Positions 12,404-21,447 are shown, numbered from the stretch's first letter. The stretch: DNA of 32,000 nt from Thioalkalivibrio paradoxus ARh 1 (GCF_000227685.2 NZ_CP007029.1:306047-338046), one strand, 5' to 3'. Made by a program: numbers and translations. Notes: generated from the letters alone by a model not told the origin.

Positions 12404-12466
12404 GTTACCCCGAGGGATAGGGGTAACTTGTGGGGTAACTGGTCGAGCGGAAAAGGGAGTTACCCC
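12404..12466. promoter_or_regulatory. Cluster of four GTTACCCC/GGGGTAAC motifs upstream of int (candidate integrase/excisionase arm sites)
   Basis: GTTACCCC at 12404 and 12459; GGGGTAAC at 12420 and 12432. The same motif occurs twice at the other island end (29813, 29825). Confidence 0.5.
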
Positions 12467-12469
12467 ACT

Positions 12470-13699
12470 ATGCCCCTCACAGACGCCGAAATCCGCGCCC
12501 TGAAGCCCGGGGAACGCCCGTTCAAACGCTACGATGAACACGGGCTCTTCATCGAGGTGCCGCCGTTTGGGGCGCTACGCTGGCGGTTCCGCTACAAGTT
12601 CGCTGGCAAGGCGAAGCTGATGAGCCTGGGCACCTACCCCGCCGTCCGCCTGAAGGCGGCCCGAACCGCCCGGGACGATGCCCGCGACCTGCTGCGCAAG
12701 GGGATCGACCCCAGCACGCGCAGGCAGGCCGAGAAACGCGCGCAGGCTCGGGCGGGCCAGCGCTCCGTCGAGGCCGTGGCGCGGGAATGGTTCGAGGCGG
12801 TGCACCAGAAAGCCGTGGTGGCAACGCACTCCGGACGCAACCTGCGTCGGCTCGAGCGCTACGTGTTCCCCAAGATCGGCCGCCGTGCCATCGGGGAGAT
12901 CGAGCCGTCAGACGTGCTCGCCCTGCTGCGCGGCATCGAGAAGGCCGGCAAGCTGGAGACGGGCCACCGGGTCAAGACCCTGCTCGGGCACGTATTCCGG
13001 TATGGGATCGCCACCGGCCGAGCGAAGCGCGACCCAACCGCCGATCTGAAGGGGCTGCTGGCCAGCGCCGAGACACGCCACCATCCGGCCGTGACCGACC
13101 CCTCCGAACTACCGGGGCTGTTGCGCGCCATCGACGGATACACCGGATACCCCCCCACCGTGGCCGCGCTGAAGCTGTCCGCGCTCCTGTTCGTCCGCCC
13201 CGGGGAGATGCGGACAATGGAATGGGCGAGCCTGCGCCTGGATGCCGCTGAATGGAACTATCGTCCGAGCAAGGGCGGAATCCCACTGCTGGTGCCGCTA
13301 CCGACGCAGGCGGTGGAGATCCTGCGGGAACTGCAACCGCTGACCGGGCTTGGGACGTATGTGTTCCCGAGTGCACGCGGCCGCGGCCGGCCGATGAGTG
13401 AAAACACCGTGAATGCTGCGCTGCACCGAATGGGGTACAAGGACCAGATGAGTGCGCACGGCTTTCGAGCCATGGCCCGCACCATCCTGGTCGAGCGCCT
13501 GGGCTGGGATGAGCGCTACGTAGAAATGCAACTCGGGCACGCGGTACGCGACGCCAATGGCCGTGCCTACAACCGGGTCACGTTCCTCGATCAGCGCCGG
13601 GAGATGCTGCAAAGCTGGGCCGATTATCTGGACGGGCTGCGCGATCCAGCGGCGAACGTCGTTCCGATACGGGCAGGTAGCGCGGCGGCTGTCCGATAG
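12470..13699 (+). CDS. int: Tyrosine-type integrase (P4-type, DUF4102 N-terminus)
   Basis: MPLTDAEIRALKPGERPFKRYDEHGLFIEVPPFGALRWRFRYKFAGKAKLMSLGTYP...HGFRAMARTILVERLGWDERYVEMQLGHAVRD. The start at 12470 trims the ORF 12428-13699. Confidence 0.95.
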   Translation: MPLTDAEIRALKPGERPFKRYDEHGLFIEVPPFGALRWRFRYKFAGKAKLMSLGTYPAVRLKAARTARDDARDLLRKGIDPSTRRQAEKRAQARAGQRSVEAVAREWFEAVHQKAVVATHSGRNLRRLERYVFPKIGRRAIGEIEPSDVLALLRGIEKAGKLETGHRVKTLLGHVFRYGIATGRAKRDPTADLKGLLASAETRHHPAVTDPSELPGLLRAIDGYTGYPPTVAALKLSALLFVRPGEMRTMEWASLRLDAAEWNYRPSKGGIPLLVPLPTQAVEILRELQPLTGLGTYVFPSARGRGRPMSENTVNAALHRMGYKDQMSAHGFRAMARTILVERLGWDERYVEMQLGHAVRDANGRAYNRVTFLDQRREMLQSWADYLDGLRDPAANVVPIRAGSAAAVR

Positions 13700-13813
13700 T
13701 TAGGAAGCACAGGTATTGCGAAACGGATAGGTAAAATAGTTTAGGGTCGTGGACACTCGCCTGATGTCGTGACAATAGTATGGGTGTCGCCCACTCACAG
13801 CGAGGCGACACCC

Positions 13814-14059
13814 ATGACCCACATGCAGACCCGTAGTGCCCCCCGCCCCACCGAGCAGCCGAGCCCGATCGGCGACCCTTTACTCCGGATGCCCGCAGTA
13901 CTCGCGGCGACCGGAATATCTCACAAAGCAACGATTTATGCGGCGATGGCCGCTGGCACGTTCCCGAGGCCGGTTCGGATCGGCTCGCGTGCTGTGGCGT
14001 GGCGATCGAGCGATATTGCGGCCTGGATCGCCACGCGCCCGGTTGCGGGTGATGAGTGA
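13814..14059 (+). CDS. AlpA/Cox-like DNA-binding regulator or excisionase
   Basis: LLRMPAVLAATGISHKATIYAAMAAGTFPRPVRIGSRAVAWRSSDIAAWIATRP is typical of AlpA-family HTH proteins. Confidence 0.88.
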   Translation: MTHMQTRSAPRPTEQPSPIGDPLLRMPAVLAATGISHKATIYAAMAAGTFPRPVRIGSRAVAWRSSDIAAWIATRPVAGDE

Positions 14060-15489
14060 TGGACGCGCAAAACCACCGACCCGGGGGTGGCAGCCCCCGG
14101 GCGGATCGAGCAGATAGTGGGATCGCCGATGGACACCGGCCCCGACATTATGCCGCAACGCATAACCAGGCGCTAGCCCGCCAACTGAGCCCGGACCAGG
14201 CCCGCGCGCTGGAAGAACTGATCGCGTTCGACCGGGGCACCGAGCCCGTGCACGCGCTGGCCGGCCCGGCAGGGAGCGGCAAGACATTCCTACTCGGCGA
14301 GTTCGTGGGGCGGTGCAGCCGTCGTTTGGAGATCACGGCGACGACCAACAAGGCCGCAAGAGTCGCCGCGCTCGCGACCGGCACCGAGCCCAAGACGATC
14401 CACGCCCTGTTGGGGCTCCAGCCGCGCGACGATGAGAACGCCGGCCGGACCGCCCTGAAGCAAATCCGCGACCCAGAGGTTGAACCGGGCTCGCTGGTGG
14501 TGGTGGATGAAGCGTCAATGATCGACTCCGATCTGCTCGGCGCGATCGAGCGTCACGCGCGGACCCTCCGGTTCAAGGTCCTGTTCGTCGGCGATGCGTA
14601 CCAGCTCCCACCGATTTTCGAGGCGCGGAGTCCGGTATTCGCCGGCGTGCCAACCAGCCACCTGACGACCATCCACCGGCAGGCCCTCGACAATCCGGTG
14701 CTCGCCATCGCGAACGAGTTTCGGGCCGTGCTGGACGGCAGCCCGATGCCGCGCGTGCGTGCGCTTGGAAGCGAAGTTCGGGTTCTGCCCGAAGGCGAGT
14801 TCCTGGCGCGCATGCTCGAGGCGTTCGAGCGGGCGAGTGACCCGTCGGAGGTCCGGGCGCTGGCCTGGACGAACCAAACCGTCCGGGAGCTGAACCAGGC
14901 CGTCCGGCGCCACCTGATCGGTCCCGAAGCCGAGGAATTGGCGCACCTGCCCGGCGAGCGATTCATTGCGAATTCCGCAATCAAGGACGGCGACCGCGTG
15001 GCAGTGCCGACCGAAGCCGAAGTCGAGGTTGTGAGCAGCCAGCGCGTGAACTTCGAGGCGGACGGGATCACATTCGCCGGCGAGCTGGTGTCCGTCCGCT
15101 ACCGCGATCGCGTGCTCGAGCTGCACGTCCCGACGGACTGGGATGGCGCTCGGCGCGCGATAGCCGCTTCGGTGGCAGCCGCCAACGAGCTGCAGCGCCG
15201 CTATCGGGCTGGCGATCGCACTGTGGACGGGGACCGCCGCGCGGCGTGGCGCGCCTTTTTCCGGCTGAAGGAGTGGCTGCACGACCTGCGTCCGGTCTAC
15301 GCGTCAACCGTCCACAAATCCCAGGGCAGCACCTACGCGCACGCGTTTATCGACGCGGGAGACATCGGCCGGTGCACCCGAACCGACGTGATCGCGCGAC
15401 TGATGTACGTGTCCACGAGCCGGGCCGCGCAGTCGGTGACGCTGACTGGCGAGCTGCCGGAGCGACTGTACCGGGAGGTGGCGGCATGA
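14056..15489 (+). CDS. SF1-type AAA ATPase/helicase (RecD/Dda-like)
   Basis: Walker A ALAGPAGSGKTFLL, Walker B LVVVDEASMI, FVGDAYQLPPI, C-terminal YASTVHKSQGSTY and LMYVSTSRAA. Exact start uncertain. Confidence 0.85.
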   Translation: MMDAQNHRPGGGSPRADRADSGIADGHRPRHYAATHNQALARQLSPDQARALEELIAFDRGTEPVHALAGPAGSGKTFLLGEFVGRCSRRLEITATTNKAARVAALATGTEPKTIHALLGLQPRDDENAGRTALKQIRDPEVEPGSLVVVDEASMIDSDLLGAIERHARTLRFKVLFVGDAYQLPPIFEARSPVFAGVPTSHLTTIHRQALDNPVLAIANEFRAVLDGSPMPRVRALGSEVRVLPEGEFLARMLEAFERASDPSEVRALAWTNQTVRELNQAVRRHLIGPEAEELAHLPGERFIANSAIKDGDRVAVPTEAEVEVVSSQRVNFEADGITFAGELVSVRYRDRVLELHVPTDWDGARRAIAASVAAANELQRRYRAGDRTVDGDRRAAWRAFFRLKEWLHDLRPVYASTVHKSQGSTYAHAFIDAGDIGRCTRTDVIARLMYVSTSRAAQSVTLTGELPERLYREVAA

Positions 15490-16307
15490 CGGCACCGGCA
15501 TTCACCTTCGCCAGCGTCGGCGATCGTGCCCGCGGCCGGTGGCCCGAGATCCTGGCCGGGCTGGGGATCGACCCGGCCGCACTGCGCAATCGTCATGGGC
15601 CGTGCCCCGGTTGCGGTGGGCGGGATCGGTTTCGGTTCGATGACCGGGAGATCGGCCGCTTCTACTGCAACGGCGGTGGCGAGCCGGTATCTGGCGACGG
15701 GTTCGCGCTGTTACAACACGTCTTCGACTGGACCGCGAGCGAGGCCCTACAGGCCGTTGCGCAGTCGCTCGGCATGGACAGCACACACCCGCCCCCGAAA
15801 CCGGCACCACGCCCGCCGACGAAGGCCCCGGGGCCCTCCAGGCTGGCCGCCTACGCTCGCGAAACGTGGCTGGCCGCACGGAAAGATGATGCTGCCGTGG
15901 GCTCACATCCATACGCCCGGCGGAAGGGAGTTCCTTGGGCCGCCGGAGCCGGGCGCGCTCGAGCATCGGGACGCATCATCGGGCGGGATTCTGACTGCCT
16001 GATCGTGCCGATCCGAACTCTGGTGGGAAAGCTCCTGGCGGTTCAGGCAATCAATCCCGACGGCGCCAAGCAGACTTTCGGCTCGATGGGCGATGGCTGC
16101 CTGGTGCTCGGGAACACCTTGGATGCGCGGGCGCCGTGGATCGTCGCCGAGGGATGGGCCGATTGCGCGTCCTTCTGCTTCCACCTGCATCGGGGCAACG
16201 CCGTAGCTGTTGTGGCCTTTGGCGCGAGTCGGCTGCAAAAAGTCGCAGAGGCGGTTGCCGCGCACTATGCGCCGCCCCGTGTGACCATCATGGAGGATGC
16301 CCCGTGA
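15486..16307 (+). CDS. P4-type Zn-ribbon primase / Toprim-domain protein
   Basis: HGPCPGCGGRDRFRFDDREIGRFYCNGGG zinc-binding motif; C-terminal PWIVAEGWADCASFCFHLHRGNAVAVVAFGA Toprim-like. ATG overlaps the upstream helicase stop (ATGA). Confidence 0.85.
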   Translation: MTAPAFTFASVGDRARGRWPEILAGLGIDPAALRNRHGPCPGCGGRDRFRFDDREIGRFYCNGGGEPVSGDGFALLQHVFDWTASEALQAVAQSLGMDSTHPPPKPAPRPPTKAPGPSRLAAYARETWLAARKDDAAVGSHPYARRKGVPWAAGAGRARASGRIIGRDSDCLIVPIRTLVGKLLAVQAINPDGAKQTFGSMGDGCLVLGNTLDARAPWIVAEGWADCASFCFHLHRGNAVAVVAFGASRLQKVAEAVAAHYAPPRVTIMEDAP

Positions 16308-17923
16308 CTGAACTTTATCGAGGGACATTGGCGCGGGGACCGAACGGCGAGAAGGATATCAATGATGCCGTCCTCAACAATCACCCCGATCTTGTTGACG
16401 AGGCGTTTCGTGGCGCAAAGCCGGTAAACGGCGAGAAGGAAAAAACCAAGTCGAGCCTGATTACCTACGACGAGGCCGCTGGCGCCAATCCGAACACCGA
16501 ACAAGGGGCCGCGCTCATCAAAGCCTACCGGAAGCAGGAGCGCGAAGCGTTCAACGCCCGGTACGGAATGCTGATGATCGAGGGCAAACCAGTCGTGGTC
16601 TACCGAGAGCGGAACGGGAATACGGGCGAGATCGAAACGAAGTTCTCGAGCCCGGAGGCCATGGCGACCTTCACCGCCAACCGGAAAATCCCGTTCGTTG
16701 TCGAGACAGGGAAGGAGTCCCGTATCGAGTGGAAGCCGATCTTCCAGGACTGGAAGCAGGGCCGGTGGCGGCGTTCCTACGATCAGCCCGTGTTCGCGCC
16801 GGCCGCGAATCTTGAGGCCAGCACGGACATGCCACCAGCCGGGGGCACCTACAACCTCTACGCCGGGCACCAGTTCAAACCCAAGCCCGGCAACTGTGAA
16901 CGCATCTTGCAACATATCGGGGAGGTGTGGTGCGCGGGGAATTCTGAAGCCTTTGATTACATCGTCAACTGGCTGGCGCGAATGGTGCAAAAGCCGCGAG
17001 AGCAGGGGCGCACCGTCATTGTCCTGCGGTCTGGCGAGGGCACCGGCAAAAACATCCTGTTCGACACCTTTAGCCGGTATTACGGAAACCATGCCTGCAT
17101 GCTGACGAAGCCGGAGGATCTGGTTGGCTTCAACGACCATCTGGCGACGGCGGTATTCGTGTTCCTGAACGAGGCGTTGTGGGGCGGAAACAGGAGCGCG
17201 GAAGGCCCGGTCAAGAGCGCGATTACCGACGACACGCTGATGGTGGAGCGCAAATGGGTACCCAAGTTCAAGACGGCGAACTGCACCCACATCGTCGTCG
17301 CCACCAATAACGACTGGGCGGTTCCCGTCGGTATAGACGACCGCAGGTTTCTGATTCTCGATCTGGATGAGAAGCACAAGGGAGACGCCGCCTACTTCGA
17401 CGGGCTCCTGCGTGAGATCCACAACGGCGGTCAGGAGGCTTTCATCCACTACCTGATGGCCCGCGACATCACCCGGTTCGACGTGCGCGCCATACCTGAG
17501 ATTCAGAGCGCATCGAAACTGGACCACAAAGTGAGGACCAGTGACCCGATCACTCAGTGGTGGATCGACACGCTGACCGACGGCGAGTTTGCCCACGAGA
17601 TCGAGGATACGGACACCCACGGTCGGCCGGTTCGGCGTGTTGCAGTGACCGCTTGGCCAATGGACAAGCCGCTAATCATCGAAGAACAGGCAGTCTTTAA
17701 CTGCTACTGCCGCGCGCACCGGAGCCGCCACCTGGACAGCAAGGCGGTGCTCACGAAGAAATTGCGTGAGCTGTGCCCCGGCCTACGGACCGGCCTGCGC
17801 CATCGCACATCTGCGTCCTCGCGCCCGAGGCTTTACGGCCTCCCCGCCCTGAGCACGGCGCGGGAAGCGATGGAACTGCGGCTGCGCCAGCGAGGGCCAT
17901 GGGCCGATGAGGCAGACCAGTGA
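16304..17923 (+). CDS. DUF5906/D5-like SF3 replicative ATPase
   Basis: GTG start coupled to the upstream TGA; VIVLRSGEGTGKNILFDTFSRYYG, FLNEALWGGNRSAEGPVKSAITDDTLMVERK, HIVVATNNDWAVPVGIDDRRFLILDL. Confidence 0.85.
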   Translation: MTELYRGTLARGPNGEKDINDAVLNNHPDLVDEAFRGAKPVNGEKEKTKSSLITYDEAAGANPNTEQGAALIKAYRKQEREAFNARYGMLMIEGKPVVVYRERNGNTGEIETKFSSPEAMATFTANRKIPFVVETGKESRIEWKPIFQDWKQGRWRRSYDQPVFAPAANLEASTDMPPAGGTYNLYAGHQFKPKPGNCERILQHIGEVWCAGNSEAFDYIVNWLARMVQKPREQGRTVIVLRSGEGTGKNILFDTFSRYYGNHACMLTKPEDLVGFNDHLATAVFVFLNEALWGGNRSAEGPVKSAITDDTLMVERKWVPKFKTANCTHIVVATNNDWAVPVGIDDRRFLILDLDEKHKGDAAYFDGLLREIHNGGQEAFIHYLMARDITRFDVRAIPEIQSASKLDHKVRTSDPITQWWIDTLTDGEFAHEIEDTDTHGRPVRRVAVTAWPMDKPLIIEEQAVFNCYCRAHRSRHLDSKAVLTKKLRELCPGLRTGLRHRTSASSRPRLYGLPALSTAREAMELRLRQRGPWADEADQ

Positions 17924-17965
17924 CCCGGACTTGGGCGCGACCGATGCAGCCACGACACCCTGGCC

Positions 17966-18216
17966 TGGACCACTTGGACCAAAAAAAGGCATTTTTAAAC
18001 AGCTACTTACGGTTGGTGGTCCAGGTGGTCCAGGTGGTCCAAAGAATTTCAAAAAGTATCCAAAGGCCCAGATTGGCCCCTGGGGGGAACAAGTTGGAAA
18101 AGTGCCCCGGATCTTGGACCACCTGGACCAGAAGCCCAGTTGGCCAGGAAAAACAACCACTTGTGGTGGTCCAGGTGCCTGGACCACACCTGGACCACCT
18201 GGACCACACCTGGACC
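17966..18216. repeat. Iteron-like array of TGGACC/GGTCCA motifs with nested inverted repeats
   Basis: TGGACC at 17966, 17975, 18115, 18124, 18180, 18191, 18200, 18211; GGTCCA at 18018, 18027, 18036, 18168. 17-bp perfect inverted repeat 18026-18042/18114-18130; palindrome GTGGTCCAGG-TG-CCTGGACCAC at 18166-18187. Confidence 0.8.
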
Positions 18217-18269
18217 ACAACAGGAGGCATCCCATGGGGACGATCCGCAGCCAGAGCCCACGCCACGAG

Positions 18270-18497
18270 ATGAGCGCGCCGAGCCTGAACGACAGCATCC
18301 GCACGGTTTCCGCTGCGTGCGAATCCCAGGGGCTGGATGCTTCTCCAGACGCGAGGCTTGCCGCAGCCGTGGAGCTTTTCCGGCACGGTCACTGGATGAA
18401 TGACCGGGACACGCACGACGAACAGGCTGGCGGCATCGCTGACTGCCTGGATCGCATCGCTGCCGCTATCGAGCAGTTCAGCGGGGCGCCACCATGA
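18270..18497 (+). CDS. Small hypothetical protein
   Basis: MSAPSLNDSIRTVSAACESQGLDASPDARLAAAVELFRHGHWMNDRDTHDEQAGGIADCLDRIAAAIEQFSGAPP; plausible internal start of the ORF 17907-18497. Confidence 0.5.
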   Translation: MSAPSLNDSIRTVSAACESQGLDASPDARLAAAVELFRHGHWMNDRDTHDEQAGGIADCLDRIAAAIEQFSGAPP

Positions 18498-18582
18498 CCC
18501 GCCCGCCGCCGCTGTCCCCGTTCCGGAGAAACCCGTTCCGCCTGCGACCGCGCCGCAAGCCGGCGCCGAAGGAGTGACGACC

Positions 18583-18741
18583 ATGACACAGCAACGCGAC
18601 CTTTTCCGAGGCAAACCGGCCCGAAAGCCCCGCCGCCCCGGGAGCTACCGCCGGCAGGAGCCGCCGAGGACGCCCAGAGACACGGCTTGGGAGCTGCCCG
18701 AGGATTTCCAGCCGGCCGCAACGAGCAAGGAGGATCAGTGA
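18583..18741 (+). CDS. Small hypothetical protein
   Basis: MTQQRDLFRGKPARKPRRPGSYRRQEPPRTPRDTAWELPEDFQPAATSKEDQ; its stop abuts the next start. Confidence 0.45.
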   Translation: MTQQRDLFRGKPARKPRRPGSYRRQEPPRTPRDTAWELPEDFQPAATSKEDQ

Positions 18742-19145
18742 TGGGCGCGATGAGCCGAACGAAAGGAGCCGCGGGAGAACGCGAACTGCGCCGGTTGCTC
18801 GAGGCCGAGTTGGGACCGGGGATCAGCCGGAACCTGTCCCAGACCCGGGATGGTGGGCATGATCTGACCGGCGTCGGGCCGTTTGCCATCGAAGTGAAGC
18901 GCTACAAGCGGGCGACCGCTTCGATGCTGGCCGCGTGGTGGACGCAGGCTGAGGCTCAGGCGGAATCCGCCGGCCTACGTCCTGCCCTGGCCTGGCGCGA
19001 GGATCGCGCGCCCTGGCGCGTCCTGGTGCGCCTGGCGGACGTTCGGCCCGGGCTGGGACCGTGGCCCGGGATCGAGTGGACCGCCGCTGTTACGCTGCCC
19101 GCGTTCGCTGCGCTGGTGCGGGAAACGGGGAGGGCTGTCCGATGA
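18741..19145 (+). CDS. Putative PDDEXK-type nuclease / Holliday-junction-resolvase-like
   Basis: GAAGERELRRLLEAELGPGISRNLSQTRDGGHDLTGVGPFAIEVKRYKR: E, GxxDL and E-V-K spacing fits a PDDEXK core. Confidence 0.65.
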   Translation: MGAMSRTKGAAGERELRRLLEAELGPGISRNLSQTRDGGHDLTGVGPFAIEVKRYKRATASMLAAWWTQAEAQAESAGLRPALAWREDRAPWRVLVRLADVRPGLGPWPGIEWTAAVTLPAFAALVRETGRAVR

Positions 19146-20017
19146 CAGCACAGATTGCGCGCCTTGATGGGAGCGGAGGAACCGGCGTGAGCGACAAGAC
19201 CAGGGAGCGCAAGGCTGGGGAATTGTGGGCACGTGCATCACGGGACGTGGAGTCCGGAGATAGTTCCCTATGGCGCATCGCGCTGCACATTCAGCAAATG
19301 GTGGAAGGCGTGAGGGACTTCCCTGGTCCGCTGTGGCGAGACCGGGAGGTACCGCCAGACTGGAAGCGGGTGCATCTGGATCGCTTCGAGGATTACCTGT
19401 TGAAGCCGCCGCGGGAGGGGATTGGGGTGCCGTCCCTGCTGCGGCTGCACAACCACATGCAGGGGCACGACGAAGGCGAGCGTGCCATCGAGATCCTGCG
19501 TCGCGAGATCCCGGACTATGACGCCCGCATCCAGGCCGAGCGGATGCGGGCGGTGAAGCCGGTGGCCAGGCCGGGCGGTACCGGGGCGAACCAGCACACG
19601 GTTGATAAGAGCAAAGGTGCCAACGGCACATCTGCTCAGGTTAAGGCCCCCAAGCCGAGAGGTACCAATAGCCGCGACCACATCATCGGCCGCCTAAAGC
19701 GTGACGCGCGCGAGGATCCGAAGGCGAAGGAGGTGCTTGCCCGTGTGGAGAAAGGTGAGGTGAGCGCGCGAGCGGCTGGTATCGAGATGGGTTGGGTGAA
19801 GCCTGCGGATCCTGCGCGGATTGTCGAGAAGCAGGTGGAGCGGCTGAGCGACGACGAGGTCGTCGATCTCTACAAGAACCTCGCCAGATCCCTCCCCGAA
19901 GCCAAGTGGAACCACCTTGAGGCCGCCAAGGAAGCCGTCATGGCGCTGAGCGACGACGAGATGGCCGGGTTCGAGGCTTGGTACCGATCCTTGGCTGGCG
20001 TTGGGGGTGACCAGTGA
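19142..20017 (+). CDS. Modular replication/DNA-binding-like protein of unknown function
   Basis: ERAIEILRREIPDYDARIQAERMRAVKPVARPGGTGANQ...KSKGANGTS...KPRGTNSRDHIIGRLKRDAREDPKAKEVLARVEKGEVSARAAGIEMGWVKP. Paralogous segments at 24.7 kb and 27.2-27.9 kb. Confidence 0.7.
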   Translation: MTAQIARLDGSGGTGVSDKTRERKAGELWARASRDVESGDSSLWRIALHIQQMVEGVRDFPGPLWRDREVPPDWKRVHLDRFEDYLLKPPREGIGVPSLLRLHNHMQGHDEGERAIEILRREIPDYDARIQAERMRAVKPVARPGGTGANQHTVDKSKGANGTSAQVKAPKPRGTNSRDHIIGRLKRDAREDPKAKEVLARVEKGEVSARAAGIEMGWVKPADPARIVEKQVERLSDDEVVDLYKNLARSLPEAKWNHLEAAKEAVMALSDDEMAGFEAWYRSLAGVGGDQ

Positions 20018-20196
20018 GCGCCCTGCTGAAACTGTTGCAAGCCGATACCGCGGTCGCCGAGGCCCGCGTGCTCGATGGCCGTCTTGTGGTGCGCATGACC
20101 CACCGGGCGCCGTCGGAGGACTGGACCCGAGTGGACCGGTTGATCGGCGAGTTCGCATCGAAACGAAAGCCCCGGCGCCGCCGTCGGGCTGCATGA
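20014..20196 (+). CDS. Small basic-tailed hypothetical protein
   Basis: MSALLKLLQADTAVAEARVLDGRLVVRMTHRAPSEDWTRVDRLIGEFASKRKPRRRRRAA; start overlaps the upstream stop (ATGA-type coupling). Confidence 0.5.
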   Translation: MSALLKLLQADTAVAEARVLDGRLVVRMTHRAPSEDWTRVDRLIGEFASKRKPRRRRRAA

Positions 20197-20214
20197 CCAA
20201 GGGAGACACGAGAC

Positions 20215-20655
20215 ATGAACCACGAAAGCCGCGTAGCGAAGGCGCTGCGCACCCTGGATGCCCCGGCCCGCCGGGCTCCGATCGTGTGGACCGGGGCGCG
20301 TATCCAGGAAGAGCTGGCGAAGGCATTGTTGCCGCTGGTCCGGAAACAGCGCCGCGAAGCGGAAGAGCGCACCTACCTGGAACGCGAGGCTCGGTTCCTC
20401 CGCGGAACAGACAGCCCGTTCCTGCAGGCGCGTCTGGCCAGGATCGAGGCCCGAATCGCTGAGATCGCACCACCGGAGCCGGAACCCACGCGGAGACAGC
20501 GCCGGGAGTATCGCAAGCGCCTGGCCGAAGAACTCGCCGACCTGCGCCGTCGAGCGGATCGCTTCGACCACGATCCTGCCTGGGCCGAGGTATTGGCCAG
20601 AGAGACGATTGCCGAGCGCCGCGCCCAGCTCGCGGAGAGCCGCCGCGCGTCGTGA
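20215..20655 (+). CDS. Hypothetical charged helical protein
   Basis: 146 aa, upstream RBS-like gggaga, co-directional with its neighbours. Confidence 0.55.
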   Translation: MNHESRVAKALRTLDAPARRAPIVWTGARIQEELAKALLPLVRKQRREAEERTYLEREARFLRGTDSPFLQARLARIEARIAEIAPPEPEPTRRQRREYRKRLAEELADLRRRADRFDHDPAWAEVLARETIAERRAQLAESRRAS

Positions 20656-20718
20656 TGCGACCATGGACCTGTACGACGTACCACGGTGCCGACGGGCGCC
20701 ATAACCGAGGACCGACCG

Positions 20719-21093
20719 ATGATGAACACCGATCCTTACGCGGAGCTCGACCGCCTCGTTTCCGAGTTTTCCAAGAGCGCTGTGCCCCCTGACCTGCCCG
20801 ACCGCCGACCATCGAGCAAGCAGTTCACCGACAGCAGCCGCCGGCTGCGCGACTACAACTCCGATCGCGAGTTGCAGCTTGAGCAGATCCGCCGTGATCG
20901 CCAGCAAATGAAGGCCGACTTCGAGGCTGGCAAGCTGGACCCGGCTGGCGTGATGCGCCGCGAGGTTGAGCTAAACCGGGCTGAGAACGCAGTCATGACG
21001 AAAGTTGCACCGCTGGTTGCTGCCGGTGCCCGGATGGCCGGTGCTGCCATGGCTGGGGCCGCTGCCTCGCCACCGCCGAGGGATCGGCACTGA
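20719..21093 (+). CDS. Hypothetical helical protein
   Basis: MMNTDPYAELDRLVSEFSKSAVPPDLPDRRP...VMRREVELNRAENAVMTKVAPLVAAGARM. Shares 'MRREVELNRAENAVMTKVAPL' with 'VARAEVALNHAAPVLTVL' of the next gene. Confidence 0.5.
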   Translation: MMNTDPYAELDRLVSEFSKSAVPPDLPDRRPSSKQFTDSSRRLRDYNSDRELQLEQIRRDRQQMKADFEAGKLDPAGVMRREVELNRAENAVMTKVAPLVAAGARMAGAAMAGAAASPPPRDRH

Positions 21094-21314
21094 TGGCCCG
21101 CATCCACGGGCCGCGGCACCTGGAAGAACTGCTGCACACGGTCCGAAAGGTCCAGCGCAACCAGCAGGACATGATGAAGGCGCACGCAGCCCGGCGCCGC
21201 GCCCTGGGTGAGATGCTTCAGCGGCCCGGCGTGGACCCCATGGACGTTGCGCGCGCGGAGGTCGCCTTGAACCACGCGGCCCCGGTCCTGACGGTCCTGC
21301 GCCGCGACGGATGA
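21093..21314 (+). CDS. Small hypothetical helical protein
   Basis: MARIHGPRHLEELLHTVRKVQRNQQDMMKAHAARRRALGEMLQRPGVDPMDVARAEVALNHAAPVLTVLRRDG; start overlaps the upstream stop. Confidence 0.5.
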   Translation: MARIHGPRHLEELLHTVRKVQRNQQDMMKAHAARRRALGEMLQRPGVDPMDVARAEVALNHAAPVLTVLRRDG

Positions 21315-21347
21315 CCCGAATTCTCGTGTCGGCTCCTGCCAGAGTTG

Positions 21348-21373
21348 CCCGGCCTCGTGCCGGGTTCTTTTTG
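21348..21373 (+). terminator. Rho-independent terminator closing the early/middle gene cluster
   Basis: CCCGGC-CTCGT-GCCGGG followed by TTCTTTTT. Confidence 0.65.
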
Positions 21374-21400
21374 CCCGTTTCGGCCCGGGTTTTACCCCGT

Positions 21401-21447
21401 TTCGTATCGTATCGGAATACGTATTCGCCAATGCATGCGGATACGAA
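21401..21447. promoter_or_regulatory. Nested palindromic element upstream of the tape-measure-like gene (candidate operator)
   Basis: Outer arms TTCGTATC (21401-21408)/GATACGAA (21440-21447) around the perfect 12-bp palindrome GAATACGTATTC (21415-21426). Confidence 0.5.

Noticed and set aside
17907-18497. Collagen-like ORF containing GGPGGPGGPK and GAWTTPGPPGPHLDH
   Set aside because: The Gly-Pro pattern is a by-product of the 9-bp DNA repeat. The opposite strand also reads as collagen-like (GPPGPPGPP). Only the part after 18270 looks like normal protein.
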